A stretch of DNA of 64,000 bases from an uncultured Actinomycetes bacterium (lineage in GTDB: Bacteria > Actinomycetota > UBA4738 > HRBIN12): NCBI GenBank assembly GCA_963704725.1, contig OY969934.1, positions 128,001 to 192,000 on the forward strand. The letters are read 5' to 3'. The notes beneath the pieces are model-generated. The model worked only from the letters and a program-made list of their open reading frames with translations, made no database searches and was not told the DNA's origin. Position 1 is the stretch's first letter. Every line of letters starts with the position of its first letter. The position numbers and the translations under genes are program-made. Positions 1-9,787 of the stretch are shown one piece after another.

Positions 1-1
1 G

Positions 2-121
2 GACTTCGTCGCCGATCGGATCGGGAGGCACAAGGCGCCCCGCGAGCTCGAGATCGTGCCCGAGCTGCCGCGGACGGTCTCCGGCAAGCTCCGCCGGGCC
101 GCCCTCCCCGAGGTGGAATAG
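2..121 (+). CDS. C-terminal fragment of an AMP-binding acyl-CoA synthetase family protein (partial, runs off window start)
   Basis: Frame 2 reads ...HKAPRELEIVPELPRTVSGKLRR...TAG, the typical LPRTxSGK terminal motif of adenylate-forming enzymes. Confidence 0.75.
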   Translation, partial: DFVADRIGRHKAPRELEIVPELPRTVSGKLRRAALPEVE

Positions 122-153
122 GCGCGGGTTATCCTCGTTGGGAGGCCGTTGAG

Positions 154-1122
154 ATGACCGAGACGCGCGACGTGGTGATCCTGGGCTCGGGGCCGGCCGG
201 CTACACGGCGGCCCTGTACGCGGCCCGGGCCAACCTCCGGCCGCTCCTGCTGAAGGGGCTCGAGGCCGGGGGCCAGCTCATGCTCACCACCGACGTCGAG
301 AACTACCCGGGCTTCGCCGACGGCATCCTCGGCCCCGAGCTCATGGACGCGATGGAGAAGCAGGCGGCTCGGTTCGAGGCGGAGGTCGTGGCGCAGAGCG
401 CCACCCGGATCGACCTGTCCGAGCGTCCGTTCCGCGTCTGGGCCGGCGACGAGGAGTGGCGGGGCCGCACGCTGATCGTCGCCACCGGGGCGAGCGCGAA
501 GTGGCTCGGCGTCCCCGGCGAGGAGCGGCTCCGGGGCCGGGGCGTCTCGGCCTGTGCGACGTGCGACGGCTTCTTCTTCCGCGACCGGCGGCTCGTCGTG
601 GTCGGCGGAGGGGACACGGCGATGGAGGAAGCGACCTTCCTCACCAAGTTCGCCAGCGACGTCACGATCGTGCATCGGCGTGACGAGTTCCGCGCGTCGA
701 AGATCATGCAGGAGCGCGCCCTTTCCAACCCGAAGATCTCGGTCGTGTGGGACAGCGCCGTGCAGGAGATCCTCGGCGACGGCGCGGTGACGGGCGTTCG
801 GCTCGAGAACCTGCGGACCGGCGAGGTCCGCGGGGTGGACACCGACGGGGTGTTCGTGGCGATCGGCCACACGCCCAACACGTCCCTGCTCCAGGGACAG
901 CTCGAGCTCACCGAGAGCGGCTACCTCGTCGTCGAGGAGCCCACGACCCGGACGAGCGTTCCAGGCGTGTTCGCGGCGGGAGACGTCACCGACCGGATCT
1001 ATCGTCAGGCGGTGACGGCGGCGGGCCAGGGCTGCAAGGCAGCGATCGACGCCGAGCGGTTCCTCGAGGCCGAGGGTCACAGGGTCCCGGCCACCGAGTT
1101 GAGCCGCGAGGCGATCGGGTAA
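154..1122 (+). CDS. trxB: Thioredoxin-disulfide reductase
   Basis: GSGPAG FAD motif, CATC redox motif, GGGDTA NADPH motif, GGAGG RBS; next to trxA. Confidence 0.97.
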   Translation: MTETRDVVILGSGPAGYTAALYAARANLRPLLLKGLEAGGQLMLTTDVENYPGFADGILGPELMDAMEKQAARFEAEVVAQSATRIDLSERPFRVWAGDEEWRGRTLIVATGASAKWLGVPGEERLRGRGVSACATCDGFFFRDRRLVVVGGGDTAMEEATFLTKFASDVTIVHRRDEFRASKIMQERALSNPKISVVWDSAVQEILGDGAVTGVRLENLRTGEVRGVDTDGVFVAIGHTPNTSLLQGQLELTESGYLVVEEPTTRTSVPGVFAAGDVTDRIYRQAVTAAGQGCKAAIDAERFLEAEGHRVPATELSREAIG

Positions 1123-1159
1123 CGACACCATCGGATCGACGAGGGAAAGGACCGAGGAC

Positions 1160-1492
1160 GTGGCGCTGATGGGTGCGGTGACTGACGGGGACTTCGAGGA
1201 GCTGGTGCTCCGGTCGGACACGCCGGTGCTGGTGGACTTCTGGGCCGAGTGGTGCGTGCCCTGCCACATGGTCTCGCCGGTGGTCGAGGAGATCGGGCGC
1301 GACAAGGGCTCGACCCTGCAGGTGGCGAAGCTGAACATCGACGAGAACCCCGAGGTCACGCGGAAGTACGGCGTCATGAGTATCCCCACGCTGATGCTGT
1401 TCAAGGATGGCGCGGAGGCGGCCCGCGTGGTCGGCGCTCGCGGCAAGGACGCGCTCCTTCGCGAGATCGACCCGCACCTCGTGGCGGTCTGA
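1160..1492 (+). CDS. trxA: Thioredoxin
   Basis: VDFWAEWCVPC active site, SIPTL cis-Pro motif. Confidence 0.95.
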   Translation: MALMGAVTDGDFEELVLRSDTPVLVDFWAEWCVPCHMVSPVVEEIGRDKGSTLQVAKLNIDENPEVTRKYGVMSIPTLMLFKDGAEAARVVGARGKDALLREIDPHLVAV

Positions 1493-1541
1493 GCCCGACC
1501 GCCGGTTGCCGTCCCGGTTCGCCTGCCGGGACACTGCGTGC

Positions 1542-2630
1542 GTGGACCTGATCCGCAAGGGCAACCGGGGCGAGGCCGTGCGCGACGTCCAGCACCGACT
1601 CCTGGCGGCCGGGCTGCGCGTCGACGCCGACGAGCTCGACGGGACGTTCGGAGCCTCGACCGAGCGCGCGGTCCAGGAGTTCCAGCGCCGGCGCGGCCTT
1701 CCGCCGGACGGGCTGGTCGGCCTCGACACCTGGAACCAGCTCGTCGAGGCCGGCTACCGGATCGGCGACCGCACCCTGTACCTGCGCTCCCCCGCCTTCC
1801 GCGGCGACGACGTCCGGGAGCTGCAGCGCATGCTGAACGCCCTGGGATTCGACGCCGGCAAGGAGGACGGGATCCTCGGCGCCCAGACGTCGGGAGCGGT
1901 CCGGGACTTCCAGCACAACGTGGGAGCCAGGATCGACGGCATCGTCGGGCTCGACACCGTCCGCTCCCTGGAGGGCATGCGCCCGCCACTCGGAGCTCCC
2001 GGGCGGGCCGTGGTCCGCGAGGCAGAGGCGGCCCGCCACATGGGCGCCACCCTGTCGGGATCCGTGGTCGCGGTGGATCCGGGTCACGGCTCGGGCGACC
2101 CGGGGCTCGTCGCGAACGGGGTCGTCGAGTCCGAGCTGACGTGGCGCGTGAGCGAGGCACTCGCGGCGGAGCTGGGCCGGCGAGGCGCCCGCGCCCTCCT
2201 CCTGCGAGCGCGAGACGAGAACCCCGAGGTGAGCGACCGCGCTCGCCGCGCCAACGCCGCCGAGGCGATCCTGTGCGTCTCGATCCATCTCGGCGGGGGC
2301 GAGCTCACCCCGTCCGGCGGCGTGTGCTGCTACTACGGCACGCCCACGACCCACTCCCCCATGGGCCTGCACCTGGCCGAATCGATCCGCGCGGAGCTGG
2401 CCCGGATGGCCCTGCCCGACGGCGGCGTGCGGCCGCTCGCGATCGCGATCCTGCGCGAGACGCGCATGCCGGCCGTCCAGATCGAGCTCGCGGTGGTGGC
2501 CGATCCGAAGGAGGCCGCTCGGATCCGTGAACCGACCTTCGACCAACAAGCCGGGGGCGCGATCGCCGAGGGCATCGAGCGGTTCCTCGGCGCCGGGCGT
2601 CCCTCGCAGACGCGGGCCGCGTCAGGCTGA
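1542..2630 (+). CDS. cwlM: CwlM-like protein: two peptidoglycan-binding domains plus Amidase_3 domain
   Basis: Two DG.FG..T..AV..FQ PG-binding repeats; DPGHG, E, SIH and AVQIE amidase motifs; position after trxBA is the usual cwlM site. GTG start at 1542 inferred. Confidence 0.8.
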   Translation: MDLIRKGNRGEAVRDVQHRLLAAGLRVDADELDGTFGASTERAVQEFQRRRGLPPDGLVGLDTWNQLVEAGYRIGDRTLYLRSPAFRGDDVRELQRMLNALGFDAGKEDGILGAQTSGAVRDFQHNVGARIDGIVGLDTVRSLEGMRPPLGAPGRAVVREAEAARHMGATLSGSVVAVDPGHGSGDPGLVANGVVESELTWRVSEALAAELGRRGARALLLRARDENPEVSDRARRANAAEAILCVSIHLGGGELTPSGGVCCYYGTPTTHSPMGLHLAESIRAELARMALPDGGVRPLAIAILRETRMPAVQIELAVVADPKEAARIREPTFDQQAGGAIAEGIERFLGAGRPSQTRAASG

Positions 2631-2750
2631 GCGTCGGGTCGCCGGCGGGCGCGATCGGCGCGAGAGGAACAGGAGCAGCACCCCCAGGAGCGCGCCCAGG
2701 CCGACCGCCTTGCCGGCGCGCCGAACCTCGTCCGGGGAGAGGCGGTTCAC
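2622..2750 (-). CDS. Putative 42-aa single-TM small protein
   Basis: GTG start 6 nt after a TACGAT -10-like hexamer; hydrophobic AVGLGALLGVLLLFL followed by an Arg-rich tail; fills the intergenic gap. Confidence 0.4.
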   Translation of the reverse strand: MNRLSPDEVRRAGKAVGLGALLGVLLLFLSRRSRPPATRRSA

Positions 2751-2783
2751 CTCGGTATCGTAGCCAGCCCGACCCGGAGGGAG

Positions 2784-3737
2784 ATGCCCGTGCGGTTCAG
2801 CCTGATGCTGGAGGGGCAGGAGGGCGTGTCGTGGCCGCAGTGGCTCGCGATCGCGCAGGCCTGCGAGCGGCTCGGGTTCGAGGGCCTGTTCACCTCCGAC
2901 CACTACCTCTCGGTCGTGCCCGAGCCCGGCTCGAACGACGCGTGGACGCTGCTCGGCGCCCTGGCCGCGCGGACCCAGACGCTTCGCCTGGGCACGATGG
3001 TCTCCCCCGTGACGTTCCGGCTTCCGGCCGTCCTGGCCAAGGCCGCCACGACGGTCGACCGGATCTCGGGGGGCCGGGTGGACGTCGGGATGGGCGCGGG
3101 CTGGTGGGAGCAGGAGCACCGGACCCACGGCTTCCCGTTCCCCCCCGTCGGCGAGCGCCTGGAGATGCTCGAGGAGCAGCTGGAGATCGTCCACGGTCTG
3201 TGGACCGAGGAGGAGCTCTCCTTCGCCGGCCGCCACTACACGATCGAAGGGGGACGCTTCGAGCCCAAGCCGGTGCAGCGGCCGCACCCGCCGATCATCG
3301 TCGGCGGCAAGGGCGGACCGGCCATCGCCCGGCTCGCCGCCCGGTGGGCGGACGAGTTCAACCGGGTGGGCGGCACGCCCGAGGACGTGCGCGAGGCGTT
3401 CGAACGCGTTCGCGCGGCCGTCGGCGCAGCGGACCGGGATCAGGCGTCGTTCACGACGTCGTTCATGACCTGGGTCTTCGTGGGCCGGACGGAGGACGAA
3501 TGGCGTGCCCGGGCCGACCGCGCGCGTTCGCTCGACCCCACGGCGGGCCCGCTCGACGCGTACCTGGAGGACGTCTCGCGGGACTGCATCGTCGGCACCG
3601 TCGATCGGGCCATCGATCGCATGAACGCGTATGCCGACGCGGGCGTGCAACGCTTCGTCCTGAACCACGAGCTGTTCGACGACCTCGAGCACATCGAGCT
3701 CATCGCCACGGAGATCCTCCCCCACGTCGTGGCGTGA
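2784..3737 (+). CDS. LLM class (probably F420-dependent) oxidoreductase
   Basis: FTSDHY, LRLGTMVSPVTFR, GMGAGW and PIIVGG motifs; GGAGG RBS. Confidence 0.9.
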   Translation: MPVRFSLMLEGQEGVSWPQWLAIAQACERLGFEGLFTSDHYLSVVPEPGSNDAWTLLGALAARTQTLRLGTMVSPVTFRLPAVLAKAATTVDRISGGRVDVGMGAGWWEQEHRTHGFPFPPVGERLEMLEEQLEIVHGLWTEEELSFAGRHYTIEGGRFEPKPVQRPHPPIIVGGKGGPAIARLAARWADEFNRVGGTPEDVREAFERVRAAVGAADRDQASFTTSFMTWVFVGRTEDEWRARADRARSLDPTAGPLDAYLEDVSRDCIVGTVDRAIDRMNAYADAGVQRFVLNHELFDDLEHIELIATEILPHVVA

Positions 3738-3784
3738 GCTCGCCCGCGTGACCCAGGCCGAACACGCGATAGCATCGTCGGCCC

Positions 3785-5011
3785 ATGGCCGAGTTCAACG
3801 TCGACCCGTTCTCCGACCGCTACGCGCGCCGCGCGGCCGGGATGTCCGCGTCCGAGGTGCGCGCGCTGTTCGCGGTGGCCTCGCGACCCGACGTCGTGTC
3901 CCTGGCCGGCGGCATGCCGTTCGTGCAGGCCCTGCCCACCGAGCACGTGCTGGAGGTCGTGGAGGCGGTCCTGATGGAGCGGGCCGACGTCGCGCTGCAG
4001 TACGGCGCGGGGCAGGGGTCGCCCCACCTTCGCGAGCGGTTGGCGATGCTCATGGCCGAGGAGGTGACGCCGGCCGACCCGGAGGACCTCGTGGTCACGA
4101 CGGGGGCCCAGCAGGCACTCGACCTCGTCGGCAAGATCCTCATCGACCCCGGGGACACGATCGTGGTCGAGGCGCCGGCGTACGTGGGGGCCCTGTCGGC
4201 GTTCAGCGCCTACGAGCCCCGCTACCTCCAGATCGACCTGGACGACGACGGCATGGTCGTCGACCAGCTCGAGGAGGCGCTCCTGCACGGCGAGCGCCCG
4301 AAGTTCGTGTACACGGTCCCCAACTTCCACAACCCCGCCGGCGTGACGATGTCCCGACGCAGGCGCGAGCAGCTCGTCGCGCTCTGCCGAGAGGCCCGCG
4401 TCCCCATCGTCGAGGACAACCCGTACGGCCTCCTGCGCTTCGAGGGCGCGCCGGAGCCGACGCTCCGCTCGCTCGACCCGCACAACGTCATCTACCTCGG
4501 GACGGTGTCGAAGGTCTTCGCTCCGGGCGTTCGCGTCGGGTGGGCGGTGGCCGAACCCGGTGTGCTGCAACGGTTGGTGCTCGCGAAGGAGGCTGCCGAC
4601 CTGTGCGGCAGCCAGTTCACGATGCTCGTGACCGAGCGGTACTTCGACGGCGAGCTGTGGCGGAGCACCCTGGCGAAGCTGGTCGAGACCTACCGCAGCC
4701 GGCGCGACGTGATGCTCGCATCGCTGGCCGAGCGCTTCCCGACCGACGCCACGTGGACGAGTCCGTCGGGCGGCTTCTACGTCTGGGTGACCCTCCCCGA
4801 GTACTTCGACACGCCGACGTTGCTCGCCGCCGCGGTGGACCGCAAGGTCGCCTACGTTCCCGGAACCGCGTTCTACCCGGACGGCCGCGGCCGGCGGCAG
4901 ATGCGGCTGTCCTTCTGCTATCCGACGGAGGACCGCATCGAAGAGGGGGTGCGGCGTCTCGGCGAGCTCCTCGCGGATGAGGAGGAGCTGTACCGGTCGC
5001 TGTCCCAATGA
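3785..5011 (+). CDS. PLP-dependent aminotransferase, class I (LysN/ARO8-like)
   Basis: SLAGGMP, PNFHNPAG, EDNPY and SKVFAPGVRVGW motifs. Confidence 0.92.
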   Translation: MAEFNVDPFSDRYARRAAGMSASEVRALFAVASRPDVVSLAGGMPFVQALPTEHVLEVVEAVLMERADVALQYGAGQGSPHLRERLAMLMAEEVTPADPEDLVVTTGAQQALDLVGKILIDPGDTIVVEAPAYVGALSAFSAYEPRYLQIDLDDDGMVVDQLEEALLHGERPKFVYTVPNFHNPAGVTMSRRRREQLVALCREARVPIVEDNPYGLLRFEGAPEPTLRSLDPHNVIYLGTVSKVFAPGVRVGWAVAEPGVLQRLVLAKEAADLCGSQFTMLVTERYFDGELWRSTLAKLVETYRSRRDVMLASLAERFPTDATWTSPSGGFYVWVTLPEYFDTPTLLAAAVDRKVAYVPGTAFYPDGRGRRQMRLSFCYPTEDRIEEGVRRLGELLADEEELYRSLSQ

Positions 5012-5946
5012 GGCGGATCTCGGTCCTCGCCGGCGGTCGCTCCCCCGAGCGCGAGGTCTCCCTGCGCTCGGGCCATCGGGTCGCGTCGGCGCTGCAGGGG
5101 CGCGGCCTCGAGGCCGTGCTCCTCGACCCGTCGGAGGGGCCCTTCGTCGAGAACCTCTCCGCCGCAACGGTTTCGGCGTGTTACGTCGCGCTCCACGGGA
5201 AGGAGGGGGAGGACGGAACGGTCCAGCGGCTGCTCGATCTCCTGGGGATCGCGTACACGGGGAGCGAGCCCCGAGCCTGCCAGCTCGCATTCGACAAGGT
5301 GCTGGCGAAGGAATCCCTCGACGCGGCCGGGGTTCCGACGCCCGCCTGGGCCGGAATCCAGGCCTCGGCCCTTCGGGATCTCCAGGCGGGCCACGCCCTG
5401 CACTCGGTCGTCGAGCGGCTCGGACTCCCCCTGGTCGTGAAGCCGTCCCGCGCCGGGTCGGCCATGGGGCTGACCTTCGTCGGCCACGAGCGCGATCTTC
5501 CGGGCGCGGTCATGACTGCGCTGTCCTTCGCCGACACCGCCGTCATCGAGCGCCGGATCGAGGGCGTCGAGGTCGCGGCCGGACTCCTGGCGGGCGCCGA
5601 GGCCCTCCCCCTCGTCGAGATCGTCCCCAAGTCCGGGGTGTTCGACTACGCCGCGAGGTACACGGCCGGCTCGACGGAGTACTTCGCGCCGGCTCGAGTG
5701 GACCTCGACGTCGCGACGGCCGCGCAGGCCGCCGCGGCCCGAGCCTTCGAGGTCCTCGGGCTGCGCGACGTGGGGCGCGTCGACGTCATGATCGACGGAT
5801 CCGGTTCGCCCTGGGTGGTCGACGTCAACGTCTCGCCCGGGATGACCGACACCAGCCTGCTGCCGATGGCCGCCCTGGCGGCCGGCATCGCCTTCGACGA
5901 GCTGTGCGATCGCGTCCTGCAGCTGGCGCTCGAACGGGAGCCGTGA
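5008..5946 (+). CDS. ddl: D-alanine--D-alanine ligase
   Basis: GGRSPEREVSLRSG, LHGKEGEDG, VKP..GS and VNVSPGMT motifs; ATGA overlap with the upstream gene. Confidence 0.9.
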   Translation: MRRISVLAGGRSPEREVSLRSGHRVASALQGRGLEAVLLDPSEGPFVENLSAATVSACYVALHGKEGEDGTVQRLLDLLGIAYTGSEPRACQLAFDKVLAKESLDAAGVPTPAWAGIQASALRDLQAGHALHSVVERLGLPLVVKPSRAGSAMGLTFVGHERDLPGAVMTALSFADTAVIERRIEGVEVAAGLLAGAEALPLVEIVPKSGVFDYAARYTAGSTEYFAPARVDLDVATAAQAAAARAFEVLGLRDVGRVDVMIDGSGSPWVVDVNVSPGMTDTSLLPMAALAAGIAFDELCDRVLQLALEREP

Positions 5947-5991
5947 TCGCCTAAGAGCGTTGCACCACAAGGAGTTACGAGAGTCCGCTTG

Positions 5992-6885
5992 CTACTCTGG
6001 CGCGAGGCCCGGCCCGGACCCGATGATCTCCGAGACGATGCGGTCCAGATCGTCCGCCGAGCCGAACTCGATCACGACCTTGCCCCGACGCCGCCCCATC
6101 TGGATCGTGACCCGCGTCGCCAGCTGCTCCGAGAGCAGCTCCTCGACCTCGGCCAGCGGGTTGGCCGTGGGCTCGTCGGGAACGGCCTGGAGTGCCGCCT
6201 TCGGCGCAGCCCCGGCCGGATGCTCGAGGTAGTTCCGCACCAGCTCCTCGACCTCACGGACGGTGAGGTCCTCCGCGGCGATGCGCACGGCCAGGGTGCC
6301 CTGCGCCTCGCCGTCGGCGAGCGAGAGGAGGGCGCGCCCGTGCCCCGCCTGGATCCTCCCCTGCGCCAGGAGGCGCTGGACGTCGGGGGGGAGCTGCAGG
6401 AGCCGGATCGTGTTCGCGATGTGCGATCGCGACATGCCGAGGCGCTCGGCGAGGGTCTCCTGCTTCAACCCGAGCTCCTCGAGCAGCTCCCGGAACGCCT
6501 CGGCCAGCTCTACGGGGTTGAGGTCCTCACGGTGGATGTTCTCGATCAGCGCCTCGCGGAGGGACTCGGCATCGTCGCTGTCGCGGATCACGGCCGGGAT
6601 GGTGGCCAGGCCGGCCTTCTTGGCCGCCCGGAGCCGGCGTTCGCCGGCGATGAGCTCGAACCCGCTCGCCGCCTTGCGCACGACGATCGGCTGGAGCACG
6701 CCGACCTCTTGGATCGACAGCGCGAGGGCGTCCAGGGAGTCGTCCTCGAACGTCGTTCGAGGCTGCCTGGGATTGGGCGCCACCGCGTTCACGGGGATCT
6801 CGAGGAGCCCGGCCCCGGCTCCCTCCTCCACCGCTCCCGGGATCAGGGCCGAGAGCCCCCGCCCCAGCCCACCTCGCTTCGTCAT
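5992..6885 (-). CDS. parB: Chromosome partitioning protein ParB
   Basis: GLGRGLSALI N-terminus, NPRQPR, IAGERRLRA, ALIENIHREDL, HTH; ATG at 6885 overlaps the parA stop. Confidence 0.97.
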   Translation of the reverse strand: MTKRGGLGRGLSALIPGAVEEGAGAGLLEIPVNAVAPNPRQPRTTFEDDSLDALALSIQEVGVLQPIVVRKAASGFELIAGERRLRAAKKAGLATIPAVIRDSDDAESLREALIENIHREDLNPVELAEAFRELLEELGLKQETLAERLGMSRSHIANTIRLLQLPPDVQRLLAQGRIQAGHGRALLSLADGEAQGTLAVRIAAEDLTVREVEELVRNYLEHPAGAAPKAALQAVPDEPTANPLAEVEELLSEQLATRVTIQMGRRRGKVVIEFGSADDLDRIVSEIIGSGPGLAPE

Positions 6886-8393
6886 CGGTCCCCCCCTCGT
6901 CGGAACAGGCTCCACCGCTTCTTCGGGGTCGCCTCCGGCTCCGGTTGAACCGTCTCGGCGAGCTCCTCGGCGTCCGCGCTCGAGGCGTCCTCGATCACGA
7001 CCACCCGGCCGACGTCGAGGCCGGCCTCTTCCGCACGTTCACCGTCCGAGGCGGCATCCGACCTCCGCCGTGAGCCGTCGGCGTTGCCAAGGGTCTCCGA
7101 CTCTACGACGGGTCGACCCTGTTGGGTGCTCGACGGATCAGGGACCGGTTCGCCGGCATCCTCGACCTCAGCCTGCTCCTCCGTCTCGGTGGTCTCGATC
7201 AGCGGTTGGGCATCCTCCTGTGGCATCGTGCCCGGTGTCGGGTTCGGCTCCACCTTCGGTGCGACGTCGACCTCCGCCTCGGCCGGCGCTTCCGCTTCCG
7301 AAGACCCCCCGGAGTCCACCTCGAGGTCCGGGGGAGCGTCCGCCTCCTCGATCGTCTCCTCGAGGTCGGCCTCTTCGCGCACGAGAGGCCGAGGGGCGCG
7401 AACCGGCACCGGCTCGGGGGGCGGGATGACCACGGTGGGAAGGTCCTCGATCACCGGGAGCGGGCCCTCCTGCGGCAGCTTGTCGACGACCTCCTTGGCC
7501 AGGTCGCGATATCGCTGGGCCCCGCGCGAGCGGGGGTCGTACACGGTGATCGGTTGCCCGAAGCCCGGAGCCTCGGAGAGACGCACCGTGCGCGGGATGA
7601 TGGTGTCGTACACACGATCGCCGAAGTACCGCCGAACCTCCTGCACCACCTGCTCGGAGAGCCTCGTCCGGGGGTCGAACATCGTCATCACGATCCCGGT
7701 CAGCCTGAGCTGCTGGTTCACGTTCTGCTGGACGAGACGAACGTTCCGAAGGAGCTGTCCGAGGCCCTCCAGGGCGTAGTACTCGCACTGGATCGGGACG
7801 ATGAGCTCCTCGGCCGCCGCCAGAGCGTTCACCGTGAGCAGCCCGAGGGAGGGCGGGCAGTCCAGCAGGATGAAGTCGAACTCACCCTCCCTGAGGGGAT
7901 CCAGGGCCCGGCGGAGCCTCATCTCGCGTGAGAACTGGCTGACCAGCTCGATCTCGGCGCCGGCCAGGTCGATCGTGGACGGGATCGCGTACAGGTTCTC
8001 GATCGGCGTCTGGACGATAGCGCCCTCGATCGGTGCCTCCGCCGCCAGGACGTCGTACACGGTCACCTCGCGGGCCTCGTGTCGGATCCCCAGCCCGGTC
8101 GAGGCGTTGCCCTGCGGGTCGAGGTCCACGACCAGGACGCGCTTGCCGATCTCGGCCAGGGCGGCGCCCAGGCTCACCGCTGTGGTGCTCTTGCCGACGC
8201 CGCCCTTCTGGTTGGCGACCGCGATGACGCGCGCGTGGAGATTCGGCACGGTAGGGGTTCTGCGATTCCTCGTGTCGGGGTCCTGGACGGCCGATCCGGA
8301 CGGTCTCGAGGCCTTCCGAGCGCCCCGGCGCCTCCCGTTCGGGGCCTTGGAAGGGGTCGCGGGAGGTACCCGAGGTGCGGTGCGCTCGGCCAC
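6882..8393 (-). CDS. parA: ParA/Soj ATPase with a long acidic C-terminal extension
   Basis: NQKGGVGKST deviant Walker A, DLDPQGNAS, DCPPSLG, PIQCEYYALEG; lies between rsmG and parB. Confidence 0.95.
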   Translation of the reverse strand: MAERTAPRVPPATPSKAPNGRRRGARKASRPSGSAVQDPDTRNRRTPTVPNLHARVIAVANQKGGVGKSTTAVSLGAALAEIGKRVLVVDLDPQGNASTGLGIRHEAREVTVYDVLAAEAPIEGAIVQTPIENLYAIPSTIDLAGAEIELVSQFSREMRLRRALDPLREGEFDFILLDCPPSLGLLTVNALAAAEELIVPIQCEYYALEGLGQLLRNVRLVQQNVNQQLRLTGIVMTMFDPRTRLSEQVVQEVRRYFGDRVYDTIIPRTVRLSEAPGFGQPITVYDPRSRGAQRYRDLAKEVVDKLPQEGPLPVIEDLPTVVIPPPEPVPVRAPRPLVREEADLEETIEEADAPPDLEVDSGGSSEAEAPAEAEVDVAPKVEPNPTPGTMPQEDAQPLIETTETEEQAEVEDAGEPVPDPSSTQQGRPVVESETLGNADGSRRRSDAASDGERAEEAGLDVGRVVVIEDASSADAEELAETVQPEPEATPKKRWSLFRRGGDR

Positions 8394-9004
8394 TACCGGG
8401 TCATGATAGTGAGCGGACCGGAGCTTGCAAGCAAGGGTGTCTCGAGCACGCCGACCTTGGTCGCCCCCTCAAGCAGAGCAAGCGGTTCACGGGTCGGGCC
8501 GGAGAAGTACACCAGCCGCCCTCCGGGGCGAAGTCGGAGACGGGCCACCGACCACGCCGCGGGAAGGGGAGCGAACGCCCTCGCGAAGCACAGGTCGACG
8601 GGTTCTGCCACGTCCTCGATGCGGGAGTGCAGGACGAACGCGTTGGCGAGCTCGAGGCGCTCCACGACCAGCTCCAGGAAGGCGGCCCGGCTCCGCCGTG
8701 GCTCGACGAGCCGGACGACGAGCCCGGGCCTCGCCACAGCCACCACGACCCCGGGGAGTCCCGCCCCCGAGCCGATGTCGTAGGCATCGGCGTCCGAAGC
8801 ACTGACGGCGACAGCCGCTCGAAGACAATCGAGCACGTGACGGCGGCGGATCCGGGACAGATCCGAGGCAGCGACGATCCCAAGGGGCACGGCCCATTCC
8901 CGGAGCAGCCCCTCGAATGCCTCCAATCGGTCAGGCGCCTCTTCCGGCACCTCGACCCCGAAACGGGCGATCACAGGACGGATGGACGACTCCACGTGTT
9001 TCAC
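8393..9004 (-). CDS. rsmG: 16S rRNA m7G527 methyltransferase RsmG (GidB)
   Basis: RHVLD, DIGSGAGLPG and ARA motifs; canonical synteny; exact start uncertain. Confidence 0.93.
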   Translation of the reverse strand: MKHVESSIRPVIARFGVEVPEEAPDRLEAFEGLLREWAVPLGIVAASDLSRIRRRHVLDCLRAAVAVSASDADAYDIGSGAGLPGVVVAVARPGLVVRLVEPRRSRAAFLELVVERLELANAFVLHSRIEDVAEPVDLCFARAFAPLPAAWSVARLRLRPGGRLVYFSGPTREPLALLEGATKVGVLETPLLASSGPLTIMTR

Positions 9005-9012
9005 GTGAAACA
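8997..9012. promoter_or_regulatory. parS: parS centromere site
   Basis: Perfect 16-bp palindrome TGTTTCACGTGAAACA matching the universal parS consensus, upstream of parAB. Confidence 0.95.
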
Positions 9013-9124
9013 GAACCTTGAGGGATCTCGGATCACCGTCCGAGGATACCCCCGCGACGATCCCCCAGGAACACGGGCCGACGAGGGCGCCTCGAGACGA
9101 CCTGAGGTCGAGCTGAAGGGGGGG

Positions 9125-9787
9125 TCAGGAGGGGAAGATGACGACCCTGCGCTCGGGGTCCTCGCCTCGGCTCGAGCTCCGTGCTCCGCTGACGTTGGCC
9201 ACGGCATCGTGGACCACCTTGCGCTCGAACGGGTTCATCGGCTCGAGCTCCTCCTCGCGCCCCGATCGAGCCACCCGCTTGGCGATCTCACGGGCCCGGG
9301 CCTCGAGCCGCTCGCGTTGGCGCCGCTTGTACTCCTCGACGTCCACGACGATCCTCGCTCGCATCCCGGTCCGCTGCCCCACCGCCACGCGCGTCAGCTC
9401 CTGGAGGGCGTCGAGGGTCTGGCCGTGGCGCCCGATCAGCAGGCCCATGTCCTCGTCGTCGGGCCCCCGCCCCAGCACGTCCACGTACATGGTGCCGCCC
9501 TCCATCGTCGGCTCGACGTCCGCGGTGACTCCCATGCGCTCCAGCAGTCCCTCGAGGAACTCGGCCCCCACGTCCCCCTGCTCCTCGAGATCCTCCTCGG
9601 AGAGCTCCTCGGCTCGTCTGCGGACGCGCACCAGCACCTCGGCGGCCTGCGATCCGATCCCGAGGATCCCCTGACGCGGCTCCTGCAGGACGGTGACGTC
9701 CACCTCCTGCTCGCTCACGCCCAGCTCGGCGAGGGCCGCCTCGACGGCCTCCTCAACGCTTGGGGCGCTTCTTTGGATCTCCTCCAC
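9125..9787 (-). CDS. jag: RNA-binding protein Jag/EloR (Jag_N, KH, R3H)
   Basis: SVEEAVEAA Jag_N start, LIGRHGQTLDALQ KH motif, MNPFERKVVH R3H motif. Confidence 0.93.
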   Translation of the reverse strand: MEEIQRSAPSVEEAVEAALAELGVSEQEVDVTVLQEPRQGILGIGSQAAEVLVRVRRRAEELSEEDLEEQGDVGAEFLEGLLERMGVTADVEPTMEGGTMYVDVLGRGPDDEDMGLLIGRHGQTLDALQELTRVAVGQRTGMRARIVVDVEEYKRRQRERLEARAREIAKRVARSGREEELEPMNPFERKVVHDAVANVSGARSSSRGEDPERRVVIFPS

